NCBI GenBank assembly: GCA_913009335.1
Contig: CAJVXN010000003.1
Location: 3,899-67,898 of the forward strand
DNA from: an uncultured bacterium
Lineage (GTDB): Bacteria; Omnitrophota; Gorgyraeia; Ghiorseimicrobiales; Ghiorseimicrobiaceae
Reading direction: 5' to 3'
Length of the DNA stretch: 64,000 nucleotides
Below are positions 1 through 10,061 of the stretch, piece after piece. The translations under genes were made by a program, and so were the position numbers. Below the pieces are notes generated by a model. It was not told the DNA's origin. It saw only the letters and a program-made list of their open reading frames with translations, and ran no database searches. Every line of letters begins with the position of its first letter. Positions within the stretch are counted from its first letter, which is position 1.

Positions 1-950
1 GTAAAACGAAGTATATCTCTAGATACGCGGGCAAGATCCTGATGTCTTTCTCGCTCCTCTTTCAAGAGTATAGCCTCAGCATGGCTTTTTAATCTCATAT
101 AAATAAACGGACCTATTCCGGCAAGTACCATACCTATGCCTAAAATAACAAACCACCATCTATCGCTAAATGCTCCTACTAAATAAGGCTTAGCAACCTT
201 AACAATTAAAAAAGGAATCCCTAATACAAAAGTATAAACAAATGCAAAAATACCTGCGCGAGTAATAGCAACACGAATATCCATGAGTTGATGACGAACA
301 ATAATATAGGCCGTAATAAGACTAAAGAGCGCAACTAAAAGATTATCTGTAGGGGGAGATGCTACACTAAGAACTAAAGCCAAATACATACTTGCTGCTA
401 CAAAAATTATAACAAGAGATACCATCATATATTTTAACTGCTCCTTCATATACGCGGATGTGCGCTCTTGAAGTGCCTTAATTAAAACATAGAATGGATA
501 CAAACCACAAAAGGCAAAATAAGCTAAATACACATACCAAACAGGACCAGGTACAGCAATATAACGGAAAGGAAACTTATGCTGAACGTCTCTTATAAAA
601 AACGGACGCAGACTCGGCACAAGATTCATGATTAGAAATGTAAAAGATAATAAATATAATACGGTGATTATTTTTTTTCTTTTTTTCTGCGCTACCAACA
701 AGCTAACATGCAAAAAGAACGTAGGCGCAAAAGAAGCTCCTGTATAAAGAAACCTATCCCAAAACAAAGCAGTTGCTTGAGTAGTAACCGAACTTTCTCT
801 GAAACACCCAAAAACCCAGAGAAAGATACTAATACTCATTAAACAAAATAATTTGTTTAACGGCCTATTTCTATTTTGCAAATATACAAAAATTCCTAAA
901 AAGAGGGTTGAGGTAGAGCCAAATAAAGATGTGATAGCGTATATATTCAT
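1..950 (-). CDS. Sensor histidine kinase, N-terminal multi-TM sensor domain (partial, 3' end runs off window start)
   Basis: Reverse-strand ATG at 950-948 opens MNIYAITSLFGSTSTLFLGIFVYLQNRNR..., closely resembling the N-terminus of the 720-aa kinase at 5450-7612 ([29 protein letters not shown]). Hydrophobic helices continue to position 1. Absent from the ORF track because no stop lies inside the window. Confidence 0.5.
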   Translation of the reverse strand, partial: MNIYAITSLFGSTSTLFLGIFVYLQNRNRPLNKLFCLMSISIFLWVFGCFRESSVTTQATALFWDRFLYTGASFAPTFFLHVSLLVAQKKRKKIITVLYLLSFTFLIMNLVPSLRPFFIRDVQHKFPFRYIAVPGPVWYVYLAYFAFCGLYPFYVLIKALQERTSAYMKEQLKYMMVSLVIIFVAASMYLALVLSVASPPTDNLLVALFSLITAYIIVRHQLMDIRVAITRAGIFAFVYTFVLGIPFLIVKVAKPYLVGAFSDRWWFVILGIGMVLAGIGPFIYMRLKSHAEAILLKEERERHQDLARVSRDILRF

Positions 951-983
951 TCTGTCGCGTAGATCCGTTTACATGATACAGAC

Positions 984-2534
984 TTAACGGATTGTTCTGC
1001 AAACTCCCTGCAGATGAGAAGTCTTCTGCCAAAAATAATTCATTTCTCCAAAAGGCCCACCGCTCCTATTCGTTCCGCCATGAGTCGAAATATAATGCGA
1101 AAAACCCGCATGTCTTGCATTAATCCTTAATATGCCGCAATTATCCAATTCTTTTGCGAACTTTCGGGTAAATTTTCCGGATTTAACCCATAAAGAAACT
1201 CTTAAGCCGTAATTATGATCATTTACCATATCAACCATTTTATTAAAAATCTCTTCGTTACTACCGCTAGCTTTTATTAGTGGTAAAAGAGGAAAGAAAA
1301 TCTCTTCATTAATACATAACATTTTCTTCGCTTTCTCAACATCCTCAATTTGAATTAATGTAGGTTGAACATAAGATCCTTTATTGTCTAGTTCTCCAAG
1401 ATAATTTACTCTTTTCCCACCACAAATTAAACTAGCGCCTTTCGATAAAGCATCTTCAAGGAATAAAAAGTATTCTTTAATTTTCGATACAGGACTCAAT
1501 AATGTTTCCTTATCTGATGGTAGAGCTATTTTTAAGGCTTTCACTTTATTAGTAAATATTTCTTTAAAATCAGAAAATGCCTTCTCATGAATTAAACCAA
1601 TTTTAGGCATCATGCAAACCTGCGTAGAACCTAAAAACCCTTCAATCAATGAATCTGCGGCCTTTTCTAAATCACCATCCTCCCAAACCATTAAGATATC
1701 ATTTCCGGAAAGCTCAAGTATTGGCTTTTTATTCGCTTTATATATCCGGGCTCCTTCTTCTATGCCCTTCTTACTATCACCAAAAAGTATAATATCGTTT
1801 ACAAAATCGTGCTCAAGCCACTCATCCATTAGCTTCTTTGAATTTCCGATAACGATATTTAATAATCCCGAGGGTGTATTATATTTTTTCAATATTTTCG
1901 CGATTATTTCTTTCCAAAGAAAAAGAGTAGATACAGGAGTCTTTAAAGGAGGTTTGACAATTAAAGCATTACCGACTAAAAATACTAAAATAGCATTAAA
2001 AGAATTACTTGCTGCGGCACTACGAGGAGGGTTAATACAAACCACGCCATCAGGCCTTCTTGCAGAATATAAAATTTCGTTAGAGTCTTTACCAATTTCT
2101 TTTTGTATTAGAGTACAATAGTAATTTACTGTTTCAGGGCTACTACCAATTCGCATGCCCTCAAATTCCCATTCTGCTAATTTTCGTGAATGGGCTTCGA
2201 AAGTTAAAATATCCAAAAATTCTTCCTTGCGCTCAATAAGTGCTTTATTTATATCTACCAACATATTTCGCCGAATAGAAAGAGGAAACTTACGAAACTC
2301 TTTAAAAGCCCGTTGCGCTGATTTCATCGCAGTTAAATTGGTATCTTCTTTATTTATACAATATCGCGCATATATATATTGATCTACATTATCAGGAATT
2401 TTCCCTTTCCTTAATCCCCTCATTACTTCTTTCATCGAAGAAAAATCAGTAATCACCTTATCCGCATAAGGATAATAATCATAAATACCAGTATCTAAAT
2501 CCTTGCCATCTATTAACAACGTGAATTCTTTCAT
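984..2534 (-). CDS. Aldehyde dehydrogenase superfamily protein (ALDH / acyl-CoA reductase-like)
   Basis: 516 aa. Contains ILELSGNDILMV (ELGG-like catalytic Glu motif), FLGSTQVCMMP (GQxC-like catalytic Cys motif) and an NAD-binding region. Last gene of the signalling/lipid operon. Confidence 0.65.
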   Translation of the reverse strand: MKEFTLLIDGKDLDTGIYDYYPYADKVITDFSSMKEVMRGLRKGKIPDNVDQYIYARYCINKEDTNLTAMKSAQRAFKEFRKFPLSIRRNMLVDINKALIERKEEFLDILTFEAHSRKLAEWEFEGMRIGSSPETVNYYCTLIQKEIGKDSNEILYSARRPDGVVCINPPRSAAASNSFNAILVFLVGNALIVKPPLKTPVSTLFLWKEIIAKILKKYNTPSGLLNIVIGNSKKLMDEWLEHDFVNDIILFGDSKKGIEEGARIYKANKKPILELSGNDILMVWEDGDLEKAADSLIEGFLGSTQVCMMPKIGLIHEKAFSDFKEIFTNKVKALKIALPSDKETLLSPVSKIKEYFLFLEDALSKGASLICGGKRVNYLGELDNKGSYVQPTLIQIEDVEKAKKMLCINEEIFFPLLPLIKASGSNEEIFNKMVDMVNDHNYGLRVSLWVKSGKFTRKFAKELDNCGILRINARHAGFSHYISTHGGTNRSGGPFGEMNYFWQKTSHLQGVCRTIR

Positions 2535-2557
2535 GCTATTAACGCCTCCACAAATTA

Positions 2558-4459
2558 TTAAGCATTTATATTATAATCTGTCACAAGCTCATTTATAAGA
2601 TCTTTAACTGAAACTATTTTATCTATTCTGTCAGCGTTTGCGCCTGCCATTACAAAACCATCATCCAGATTTCCGCGATAGGCATTTACTAACGCATTGG
2701 CAATACAATAATTTGCCGCATATGGATCACATGTTCTTAAGCACCTATAAGGACAGGTAAATTTTATCTTTTCCCCTGATTCAATCCTTTCAACAAATTT
2801 ATTTCGTATTACTCTTGCCGGCATACCGACCGGACTAAGAACTACAATTGTGTCATCTTTTCCGCATTTTAAATAAGCTTCCTTGTATTCCTTAGATACA
2901 TCGCACTCATTGGTGCAAACAAAACGAGTAGCCATTTGTACACCACTTGCTCCTAATTTCAACATTTTAGCTATATCTTTACCGGTAAATATCCCACCTG
3001 CTGCTATTACAGGAATTTTCTTACCAGATTCTGATTCAAACTTTTTAACAACATTTAAAACCTCTAGCAATAAATCTTCAAGAGATGGTGCTTCCTCAGT
3101 TATAATTTCTCCGAATTTAAAACCAATATGCCCGCCCGCAAGAGGACCTTCTAAAACTAGCGCATCAGGCGCTCGATTATAACGCCTTAGCCAAGTTTTA
3201 CAAATCAATTCTGTTGCTCTACCCGACGAAACAATTGGAATAAATTTTGTTTTTGAATCTCTAGATAGAGAAGGTAAATGAAGCGGCAATCCTGCACCTG
3301 AGATAATAGCCCCTACCTCTTCTTCAATTGCGACTTTCGCTAAATCATCATAATTAGTAAGAGCGCACATTATATTTACACCAAACGGTTTTGAAGTAAG
3401 ATGCTTAGTCTCTTTTATCATTTCCCTAAAAGATAATTTAGACCTTTCTTCATATGTTAGATCCTGCGGTCCTTCTTCTCCTAATCCAACACTAGCAATC
3501 ACCCCAACCGCCCCCTCATTAGATACAGCAGCAGCCAATGACGCAGTTGAGACTCTCACGCCCATTCCTCCCTGAATTATTGGAGGATTTATAACAAGAT
3601 CACCTATAACTAAATCCGGTAATTTTTTCTTCGTCATACAGCAGCCCATCCTTCCCTTGTAAAACACATACATTCCCCAGGGATCAATTTCTGTATTAAT
3701 ATCAGAGTACCCGAGATCTACTAACCATTTTTCAATCAGTTTCGGATCCCTATAAAACAATTTCCATTCTTTCCCGCTTTTTGTTATGCCGACTTTCTCT
3801 ATTAATTTACGATTTGGGCTATCACGTTGAGTTATAAATAATAGAAGTCCGCCAGGTTCTAGATAATCTTTAATTGTTTTTAAAGAAGATACGACTGATT
3901 CATCATCTAAATATTCATACAAACCGGATGAGATAACTACATTAGGCGACCAACCTCTTTTTTCTGAAAGTCGCTTATGATGAGACCCGATACGCAAAAT
4001 ATTAGATTTTCTATACAGCATGGGTCGATTACCCGCCATCTTCCTCCCATGGTCGAGAGAATGTTTATCGATATCTAAGCATAAAACCTCTATGCGATCT
4101 TTCATATCATCAGTTATAAGCTCAACTAGATATCTTGCAGGACCGGAGGCAAGATCCACGATACGTGTTTTTTTATTTTTGGCTATATTTTTATTTATTT
4201 CATCTTTTAATATGCTAATTACTTTGTCTTTTCTATATCTAGTTGCTTTAGCTGCCGGTAAATTAAGAAGAATTCTGTCTATTATTCTACCTAATTTCGT
4301 ATATCCTTTTGCCTCATTAGAATATATATGATCGAAATTTATTCCTGAGTCTGCGTATCCAAACATACTCTTTCTGCCCAGACGACTTGAGAAAATAAGC
4401 GGCTTTACAATCCGCTTATAAAAAAAATCTTCTATTTTTCCTAAAATAGGTAAACTCAT
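2558..4459 (-). CDS. Fusion protein: class I SAM-dependent methyltransferase (N-terminal) + FMN-dependent nitronate monooxygenase/NMO-family oxidoreductase (C-terminal)
   Basis: N-terminal half carries VDLASGPARYLVELI (SAM-MT motif I). C-terminal half carries VINPPIIQGGMGVRVSTASLAAAVSNEGAVGVIA, typical of NMO/2-nitropropane dioxygenase-like TIM barrels, and the Cys cluster CPYRCLRTCDPYAANYC. Paralogous to the 363-aa NMO at 49645-50736. Confidence 0.65.
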   Translation of the reverse strand: MSLPILGKIEDFFYKRIVKPLIFSSRLGRKSMFGYADSGINFDHIYSNEAKGYTKLGRIIDRILLNLPAAKATRYRKDKVISILKDEINKNIAKNKKTRIVDLASGPARYLVELITDDMKDRIEVLCLDIDKHSLDHGRKMAGNRPMLYRKSNILRIGSHHKRLSEKRGWSPNVVISSGLYEYLDDESVVSSLKTIKDYLEPGGLLLFITQRDSPNRKLIEKVGITKSGKEWKLFYRDPKLIEKWLVDLGYSDINTEIDPWGMYVFYKGRMGCCMTKKKLPDLVIGDLVINPPIIQGGMGVRVSTASLAAAVSNEGAVGVIASVGLGEEGPQDLTYEERSKLSFREMIKETKHLTSKPFGVNIMCALTNYDDLAKVAIEEEVGAIISGAGLPLHLPSLSRDSKTKFIPIVSSGRATELICKTWLRRYNRAPDALVLEGPLAGGHIGFKFGEIITEEAPSLEDLLLEVLNVVKKFESESGKKIPVIAAGGIFTGKDIAKMLKLGASGVQMATRFVCTNECDVSKEYKEAYLKCGKDDTIVVLSPVGMPARVIRNKFVERIESGEKIKFTCPYRCLRTCDPYAANYCIANALVNAYRGNLDDGFVMAGANADRIDKIVSVKDLINELVTDYNINA

Positions 4460-5034
4460 TTCCCTATAGCCTTTTTTACTGCCTGCAACAACGCTTTAAT
4501 ATCAAACGGCTTCTCAATATAATCTGATGCTTTTAATCTTAAAGCCTCCCTATATATATCTTCCTGCGCATACGCTGAGATAAAAATCTCAGGAACCAAA
4601 GGTTTATCATTCTCTGCCAAATACGCTCTAAGCTTCTCAACAGTCTCTATCCCGTTCATTTTCGGCATCTTAAGGTCCGATATAATTAAATCAAAGGTTT
4701 CTTTGGCTATTGTTTTCAAAGCCTCTTCCCCGCCGGATGCTATAGACACCTTGTATCCTTCTTTAACTAATAGTCTTTTTAAAGTTTTAAGAATGAGCCT
4801 ATCATCATCGATAACTAAAATATGCGTGGACGATACTTTATCCTCTTTATCTTCGTTAAGCCTATTCCCGGCAACAAACCCATCATGAGAATCTCCATAT
4901 TCTTCAAAATAATTATTCCGCCTCTGATGAAAAATATCTCCCCAGCTATCTTCGCGAATAATATGTTTTTTTTCTTCTTCTATCCATATATCTACAAAAT
5001 AATTACTGCATTTATCTGATAAACCATAACCCAT
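4456..5034 (-). CDS. Response regulator receiver-domain protein with ~65-aa N-terminal extension
   Basis: HILVIDDDRLILKTLKRLL...DLIISDLKMPKMNGIE matches the CheY-like receiver fold (DD pair, phospho-acceptor Asp, conserved Lys). No output domain. Confidence 0.7.
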   Translation of the reverse strand: MGYGLSDKCSNYFVDIWIEEEKKHIIREDSWGDIFHQRRNNYFEEYGDSHDGFVAGNRLNEDKEDKVSSTHILVIDDDRLILKTLKRLLVKEGYKVSIASGGEEALKTIAKETFDLIISDLKMPKMNGIETVEKLRAYLAENDKPLVPEIFISAYAQEDIYREALRLKASDYIEKPFDIKALLQAVKKAIGK

Positions 5035-5051
5035 TATCTACTCCTTTTTAT

Positions 5052-5426
5052 TTATTTACCTAAATTTTTCCGCACAAGATTTAAAAACTCTGTAATATCA
5101 AAAGGTTTATATATATAATCAGCTACATTTAATTCCTCCGCCTGCTTTAAACTTTCATCGCTGGCGTATCCGGTTATAAGGATTTCCGGAGTAGGTTTCC
5201 TTACAATCTCGCGAAGCTTCTTAATTATCTCTATACCATCCATCTCCGGCATTCGTATATCGGCTATAATAAGATCAAAACCAGACTCTTTAATCTTAAC
5301 CTTTTCTATAGCATCAATGCCGCTTTCTGCAATAGTAACATTATAACCCTGCTTCTTAAGTAATCGTCTTATACTCTCAGTAACCAGCTGCTCATCATCT
5401 ATTACTAAAATATGCTTTGGTATCAT
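5052..5426 (-). CDS. Stand-alone CheY-like response regulator (receiver only)
   Basis: 124 aa; ILVIDDEQLVTESIRRLL...DLIIADIRMPEMDGIEI...KPF receiver signature. Confidence 0.8.
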   Translation of the reverse strand: MIPKHILVIDDEQLVTESIRRLLKKQGYNVTIAESGIDAIEKVKIKESGFDLIIADIRMPEMDGIEIIKKLREIVRKPTPEILITGYASDESLKQAEELNVADYIYKPFDITEFLNLVRKNLGK

Positions 5427-5449
5427 AAAAACTTACCCTATATTGAAAT

Positions 5450-7612
5450 TTAATTCTTGCTTACTACCGGTACCTCTACTGTAGGCAGTTTTACTGTAAA
5501 CACAGACCCGCTATCAGCTACACAGCGGGCAGAGATTGTACCCTTATGCTTCTCAACAATTGCCTGACATATTGAAAGCCCCAATCCAAGGCCCTTACCG
5601 ACATCTTTGGTAGTAAAAAACGGGTCAAATATCTTTAATACTATTTCATCGGGAATACCCGCTCCCTCATCTTCAACCTCAAGCTTTATCCAGTCTTTAT
5701 TTTTTGAAAGAGTGATACGAACATTACCACCCTTTTTTATTTTCTTAATAGCATCTTTTGCATTCAATATCAGGTTTGTTATAACCTGTTCAAATTCATT
5801 TTGAGTACCTTTTACAGTGTAAGTGCCATTTTTAATCTCAGGAATTATCTTTATATCTTCCTGCTCCAGCTGGTAACTCAAAAATGTAATTACGCCTTGG
5901 AGCGATTTTTTTAAATCAACATCGGCAATACTCGAAGTCTCCATAGGCTTTCTGGAATATACCATTAATTTCTGTACAATCTTGCGGCATCGTTTGGTCG
6001 CTTCTTCTATAAGCTCAAGAGACTCTTTATCCGGATTATCGTTGTCTTCACAATCCATAAGCATCATCTGCACATTGGTTAATACCGCGGTCAAAGGATT
6101 ATTTATCTCATGAGCTACCCCGCCGGCAAGTGTTCCAACTGTGGCAAGTTTCTCAGCCTGAACAAGCTGTTTCTGTACATCCATCAATTCTTTTGTCCTC
6201 TGCTGTACTTCCCTTTCTATATTCCCATACAATAAGGCATTCTCAATGGCCAAAGCGGAATCCCCCGCCAAAACAGAAAAATTATTCAAATCTTCGGAGC
6301 CATACATCCTCCCCGAAAGTTTATCTCCCAATATAATAACATCTAATAACTTACCATCTAAAAAACCCGGCACGGCTATCGCGGCATTTAAATTAAACAT
6401 TTCTTCTCTTAAATTCTTAAAAATAGGGTTGAGGCTAGCTTCGGACTTACTCTTTATCTCCTCATAGACCAAAGACTCTTTTTTACTTTCAAACCACGTC
6501 ATTAATGTGCTTTTCTTGTCTATAGAAGCTGGCTGGTCTTTTTTTAAATTAATCCCTGTCTTAAAAATAAACTGTTCAGTCTTTGCGTCCCATAAATATA
6601 TTGCTGAATGAGTTATGCGCACTGAATCAGTAATAGTATGGGTGATAAAATCTAGTAACTCCGGCAGATTGCGGATACGCGTCATATCCACTGAAGCCGC
6701 TTTTAATATTTCCTGGTAACGCCGTTGTTCCCTAAATAAAATAGCTAGCGCCCGTTTTTCAAGATAAACATAAACAAACGGCCCGCATATACCTAAACCA
6801 ACCATTAATAGCATCGGCCCAATCCACCAGGCAGCCCCTAAAAACTCAACCAACTGGCTTCTCCCTAAGGTCGCGAGCAAAAACGGCAATCCCAAAACCA
6901 GCGCATAAACCGCCACAAATACACCTGTTCTGGTAATTGTCACTGTAATATCCATAAGGCGATATTTAATAATAGCGTAGGCAATCAGGCTGACATACAA
7001 AATAAGTAATAAATCGTGGGGGAAAGGCTCTTTATTAAAATACGCCGCGCAAAAATGAAGCAATCCGCTAATAACTCCCAACACAAAAGAAAAAAAGATA
7101 ATTTTTAACTGGTTACGATAATATCCGCTTGCATTCTTAAATTCAGAAAAAATACTCCATAAAATAAAACTAAAACTGACAGTAAATCCAACCACAAATA
7201 ACAGATATAAAGGGCCCGGAACAACAGAAAAATGAGGAGCAAAACGATTTACTCCCCGTATAAAAAACGGACTAAAACTAAACAGAAGAAATACGGCAGA
7301 AAAACAATACCCTAAAATTAATATCTTTTTATCCTTAGACGATAATTTTTGCTTAACAGCAGCCGCAAAACGTATCCAGACAACAGGCGTAAAGATAGCA
7401 GGAATATAGACTAGACGAGTAACAAATAACATTAAGGCTGGATCATCAATTCTACTCGCCAGGAAAGGAAAAGAGGTCCATAAGCCGGTAACAAAGATGG
7501 CAATACCAAAAGATCGGCACTTTATATCCCTGTACCGTCTTATAAAGATAAACGCTCCCAACGTTAAACAGAAAATAAAGGCAAATAATGAAGAAATACT
7601 ATAAATATTCAA
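5450..7612 (-). CDS. Sensor histidine kinase with N-terminal 7TM-type membrane sensor, central GAF-like region, HisKA and HATPase_c
   Basis: Multi-TM N-terminus; H-box [11 protein letters not shown]; G-boxes [22 protein letters not shown] and [22 protein letters not shown]. Confidence 0.8.
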   Translation of the reverse strand: MNIYSISSLFAFIFCLTLGAFIFIRRYRDIKCRSFGIAIFVTGLWTSFPFLASRIDDPALMLFVTRLVYIPAIFTPVVWIRFAAAVKQKLSSKDKKILILGYCFSAVFLLFSFSPFFIRGVNRFAPHFSVVPGPLYLLFVVGFTVSFSFILWSIFSEFKNASGYYRNQLKIIFFSFVLGVISGLLHFCAAYFNKEPFPHDLLLILYVSLIAYAIIKYRLMDITVTITRTGVFVAVYALVLGLPFLLATLGRSQLVEFLGAAWWIGPMLLMVGLGICGPFVYVYLEKRALAILFREQRRYQEILKAASVDMTRIRNLPELLDFITHTITDSVRITHSAIYLWDAKTEQFIFKTGINLKKDQPASIDKKSTLMTWFESKKESLVYEEIKSKSEASLNPIFKNLREEMFNLNAAIAVPGFLDGKLLDVIILGDKLSGRMYGSEDLNNFSVLAGDSALAIENALLYGNIEREVQQRTKELMDVQKQLVQAEKLATVGTLAGGVAHEINNPLTAVLTNVQMMLMDCEDNDNPDKESLELIEEATKRCRKIVQKLMVYSRKPMETSSIADVDLKKSLQGVITFLSYQLEQEDIKIIPEIKNGTYTVKGTQNEFEQVITNLILNAKDAIKKIKKGGNVRITLSKNKDWIKLEVEDEGAGIPDEIVLKIFDPFFTTKDVGKGLGLGLSICQAIVEKHKGTISARCVADSGSVFTVKLPTVEVPVVSKN

Positions 7613-7623
7613 TTTTCTCTCTC

Positions 7624-9195
7624 TTATCTATTAACTGCACACATTTTTATCTTCTCAAATGTTGTCTCATCTATACGCTTGTTACCCCAATAAAAATCAG
7701 AAATACCAAAACCGTGTTTTTTACCTAAAGCGGTTATCTCTTCTATTTTTTCAGGCGTAATATTTCCTCTTCCGAAACTAAAGCTTTCGTAGCGCTTCTC
7801 CAACGCTAGAATAATCGCTTCACAGAAACACCCATAACTTACCCCTGCGTCAGGCAAACCTATATCAATCGGTATTTCAATCTTCGTAGGCGTTTTTGCA
7901 AGGCCCCCTGAAAAAACAAGGATATCATCCCTTGTTGTAGGAGCATAGGATATATTTTTCGGATACCCTACATCACAAATTATCGAACCCGGCTTAAACC
8001 AATCAATCTTAAGTATAGAAGCAGTAGCGCTTGCCGCGGCAATTACTATATCCGCATCGTTTATCGCTGACTGGTTATCCGTAGTAGCTACAATACGTGC
8101 TTTACGTTTCTTAGCCAGCTCAGACCTTAAACTACGCAGATTAGACTTTGTCCGTCCGGTAACAGCAAGTTCTCTCACCTTGCCTGCCAGCACTCGCGCG
8201 CAGCCGCTGCCGATATCACCTGTCCCGCCGACTATGGCCACTTTTAAATCTTTTAAATCTTTACCTAAAAGCTTAACTGCTCGCTCTACTGCCTCTATTA
8301 TCAAGGCAACCGTATAGGTATTGCCTGTTGTAATAGCGATATCTACCTCTTCATTTATCTGTTGGCCAAGTCTCTCTCCCACAATAGAGGTAAACCCTCC
8401 TAATGTTACGATACCAACACCATGTTTCTCTGCTATTTTACATGCTCTTACTACCTTTGAATAAACTCCGTGAAGATCACTAGACAACATCTCAGGAACA
8501 AATGTACAAACAATAAAACATCCGGAAGTTGTAACACCTATCTTTGATTTAAATTCCTTCATCTCGTGTATCTTAAAAGAAGGAGTCATGGTAAAAAGCT
8601 TAGTTAAGAATTCTTCCGAAGGCATCTTAAAATCCGGATTCATAGTTTTAAGACAGCGCGCTAAATGATTAAAGTTATAGAAATGCCCCAATACACCAAA
8701 ACCTGCCAGCTTTGTAAGATTACCCTGTTTAAAACTAGCATACTTAATCGAAATCAAACGACGCTCCCATGCACCCAACATTGCCGCAAAGTTTTTAGCC
8801 AGCATATTCCTGATATATTCATCCGCGAATTCTTTAATCGCAGGTATACCCACTCTTAAATGAACGCTTACAACAACTTCCGTACCTTCGGGATGATCGT
8901 TAAATTTCCATTCGCCGTAAAATTCCTGCAGGTCGCCTTCTATTGCTTTAAACGAAATTACATTTCCTCTAAGCTCTAAAGTATCTTCCTCCACCCAGCT
9001 TATCGGTACTCCATCGACCTGTACGCGCCACTTTGTCTTCATCGTATTGTGCTTACGACTCAACACCTTAGCCTCTTTTACGGTAGGCATATAACTAGGA
9101 AATTCCCAAACACGGGTTGCGAGACGAATTATACTAGATTTCTGCGCGTGTATAACTTTTGATATATTTATATGTATTAAATCATCCTTCGGCAT
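7624..9195 (-). CDS. Fusion: SRPBCC (polyketide-cyclase/START-like) domain + acyl-ACP reductase (AAR)-like NAD(P)-binding oxidoreductase
   Basis: The C-terminal 350 aa share blocks with cyanobacterial acyl-ACP reductase as I recall it: LGGFTSIVG, TTGNTYTVA, IVGGTGDIGSG, DVGYPKN. The N-terminal ~140 aa resemble SRPBCC ligand-binding domains. Confidence 0.55.
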   Translation of the reverse strand: MPKDDLIHINISKVIHAQKSSIIRLATRVWEFPSYMPTVKEAKVLSRKHNTMKTKWRVQVDGVPISWVEEDTLELRGNVISFKAIEGDLQEFYGEWKFNDHPEGTEVVVSVHLRVGIPAIKEFADEYIRNMLAKNFAAMLGAWERRLISIKYASFKQGNLTKLAGFGVLGHFYNFNHLARCLKTMNPDFKMPSEEFLTKLFTMTPSFKIHEMKEFKSKIGVTTSGCFIVCTFVPEMLSSDLHGVYSKVVRACKIAEKHGVGIVTLGGFTSIVGERLGQQINEEVDIAITTGNTYTVALIIEAVERAVKLLGKDLKDLKVAIVGGTGDIGSGCARVLAGKVRELAVTGRTKSNLRSLRSELAKKRKARIVATTDNQSAINDADIVIAAASATASILKIDWFKPGSIICDVGYPKNISYAPTTRDDILVFSGGLAKTPTKIEIPIDIGLPDAGVSYGCFCEAIILALEKRYESFSFGRGNITPEKIEEITALGKKHGFGISDFYWGNKRIDETTFEKIKMCAVNR

Positions 9196-9778
9196 CGATT
9201 AACTCCTTTACGGCTTTTCTGATTTTAAAGATTCCTTCCTGTAAACTTATATCATCAATTAAATCACCAAATTCCTTAAGCAAATACAGTGGTTTACCTA
9301 TTTTTAACGTGATAGGTACGAATTTAGGTAATTTAGCTCTCCTAGGAAGAGCCTCATAAGTACCTAAAATCGCGCAGGGAACTATTGGCCTGCCTGTCTT
9401 AACCGCAAGTAAAGCTACCCCTCTCCTGAATTCAGAAAGGGTTCCGTCCTTGCTTAATCTCCCTTCGGGAAATAAACCTACGTTCTTATTCTGCATCAAT
9501 AAAGAAATGGCCTTATCCGATGAACGACCGCTCGGAAGAGCCTCAACACTTTTAAAAAACCACCTAAGCCACGCTATCTTATAAAAACCTCGAAAGGCAA
9601 TACAAGAGATCTTCTTTGGCATTGTTGCCATAATAACTAGGCCGTCCAGATAGCTTGCATGATTCGCAACTACTATAAAATTGCTTTTCTTGGGCAGATT
9701 TTCTTTCCCTTCTACCTTAAGCCGAAAGAACACCTTAAGTATAATTAAAAATATTGCTTTAAATATCCAATATAACAT
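9182..9778 (-). CDS. 1-acyl-sn-glycerol-3-phosphate (lysophospholipid) acyltransferase, PlsC family
   Basis: HxxxxD motif (VANHASYLDG) and FPEGRLS (FPEGTRS-like) motif. The start codon abuts the stop of the upstream GIY-YIG gene. Confidence 0.7.
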   Translation of the reverse strand: MLYWIFKAIFLIILKVFFRLKVEGKENLPKKSNFIVVANHASYLDGLVIMATMPKKISCIAFRGFYKIAWLRWFFKSVEALPSGRSSDKAISLLMQNKNVGLFPEGRLSKDGTLSEFRRGVALLAVKTGRPIVPCAILGTYEALPRRAKLPKFVPITLKIGKPLYLLKEFGDLIDDISLQEGIFKIRKAVKELIDAEG

Positions 9779-10039
9779 TTACCCCGTTAGAGATAGGAAA
9801 CGCTTTAATCTATTTTTAAGATAGCGTTTACCCATGCCTGTTTTTAAGTATCTTTCTCTATCAAGCGCATCATCTTTATTCTTACTTGCCTCGTAATATA
9901 TTAGTTCAAAAGGGCCTCGGTTCTTAGTAGACACTACCTTACTTTGCTCATGTTCCTTAAAGCGTTTCCGTAAGTTACCCGTTGTTCCTGTATACCATTT
10001 ATTATCTGCTAAGCTTCTAATTATATAAACATAATACAT
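9779..10039 (-). CDS. GIY-YIG nuclease family protein (YhbQ/UPF0213-like, 86 aa)
   Basis: YVYIIRS...WYTGTTGNLRKRFKEHE matches the GIY-(10-11)-YIG catalytic module. The ORF sits exactly between 15-bp perfect inverted repeats. Confidence 0.6.
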   Translation of the reverse strand: MYYVYIIRSLADNKWYTGTTGNLRKRFKEHEQSKVVSTKNRGPFELIYYEASKNKDDALDRERYLKTGMGKRYLKNRLKRFLSLTG

Positions 10040-10061
10040 AAGTTGTTATCTCTAACGGGGT
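9781..10061. mobile_element. Small inverted-repeat element carrying the GIY-YIG ORF (putative autonomous copy of a MITE-like family)
   Basis: Left arm ACCCCGTTAGAGATA at 9781-9795 is perfectly complementary to TATCTCTAACGGGGT at 10047-10061 (17 bp with one mismatch). The same termini bound ~120-bp copies at 10721-10850 and 26867-26988. Confidence 0.4.

Noticed and set aside
1612-2382. Plus-strand ORFs of 169 aa and 75 aa inside the ALDH gene region
   Set aside because: Antisense shadow ORFs fully embedded in a long, motif-rich minus-strand CDS. Low-complexity S/F/I-rich translations and no RBS.
2883-5019. Several 60-103-aa plus-strand ORFs (2883-3182, 4020-4331, 4703-4888, 4822-5019)
   Set aside because: All overlap well-supported minus-strand genes (MT-NMO, response regulators) in antisense. 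The composition is typical of AT-rich antisense frames.
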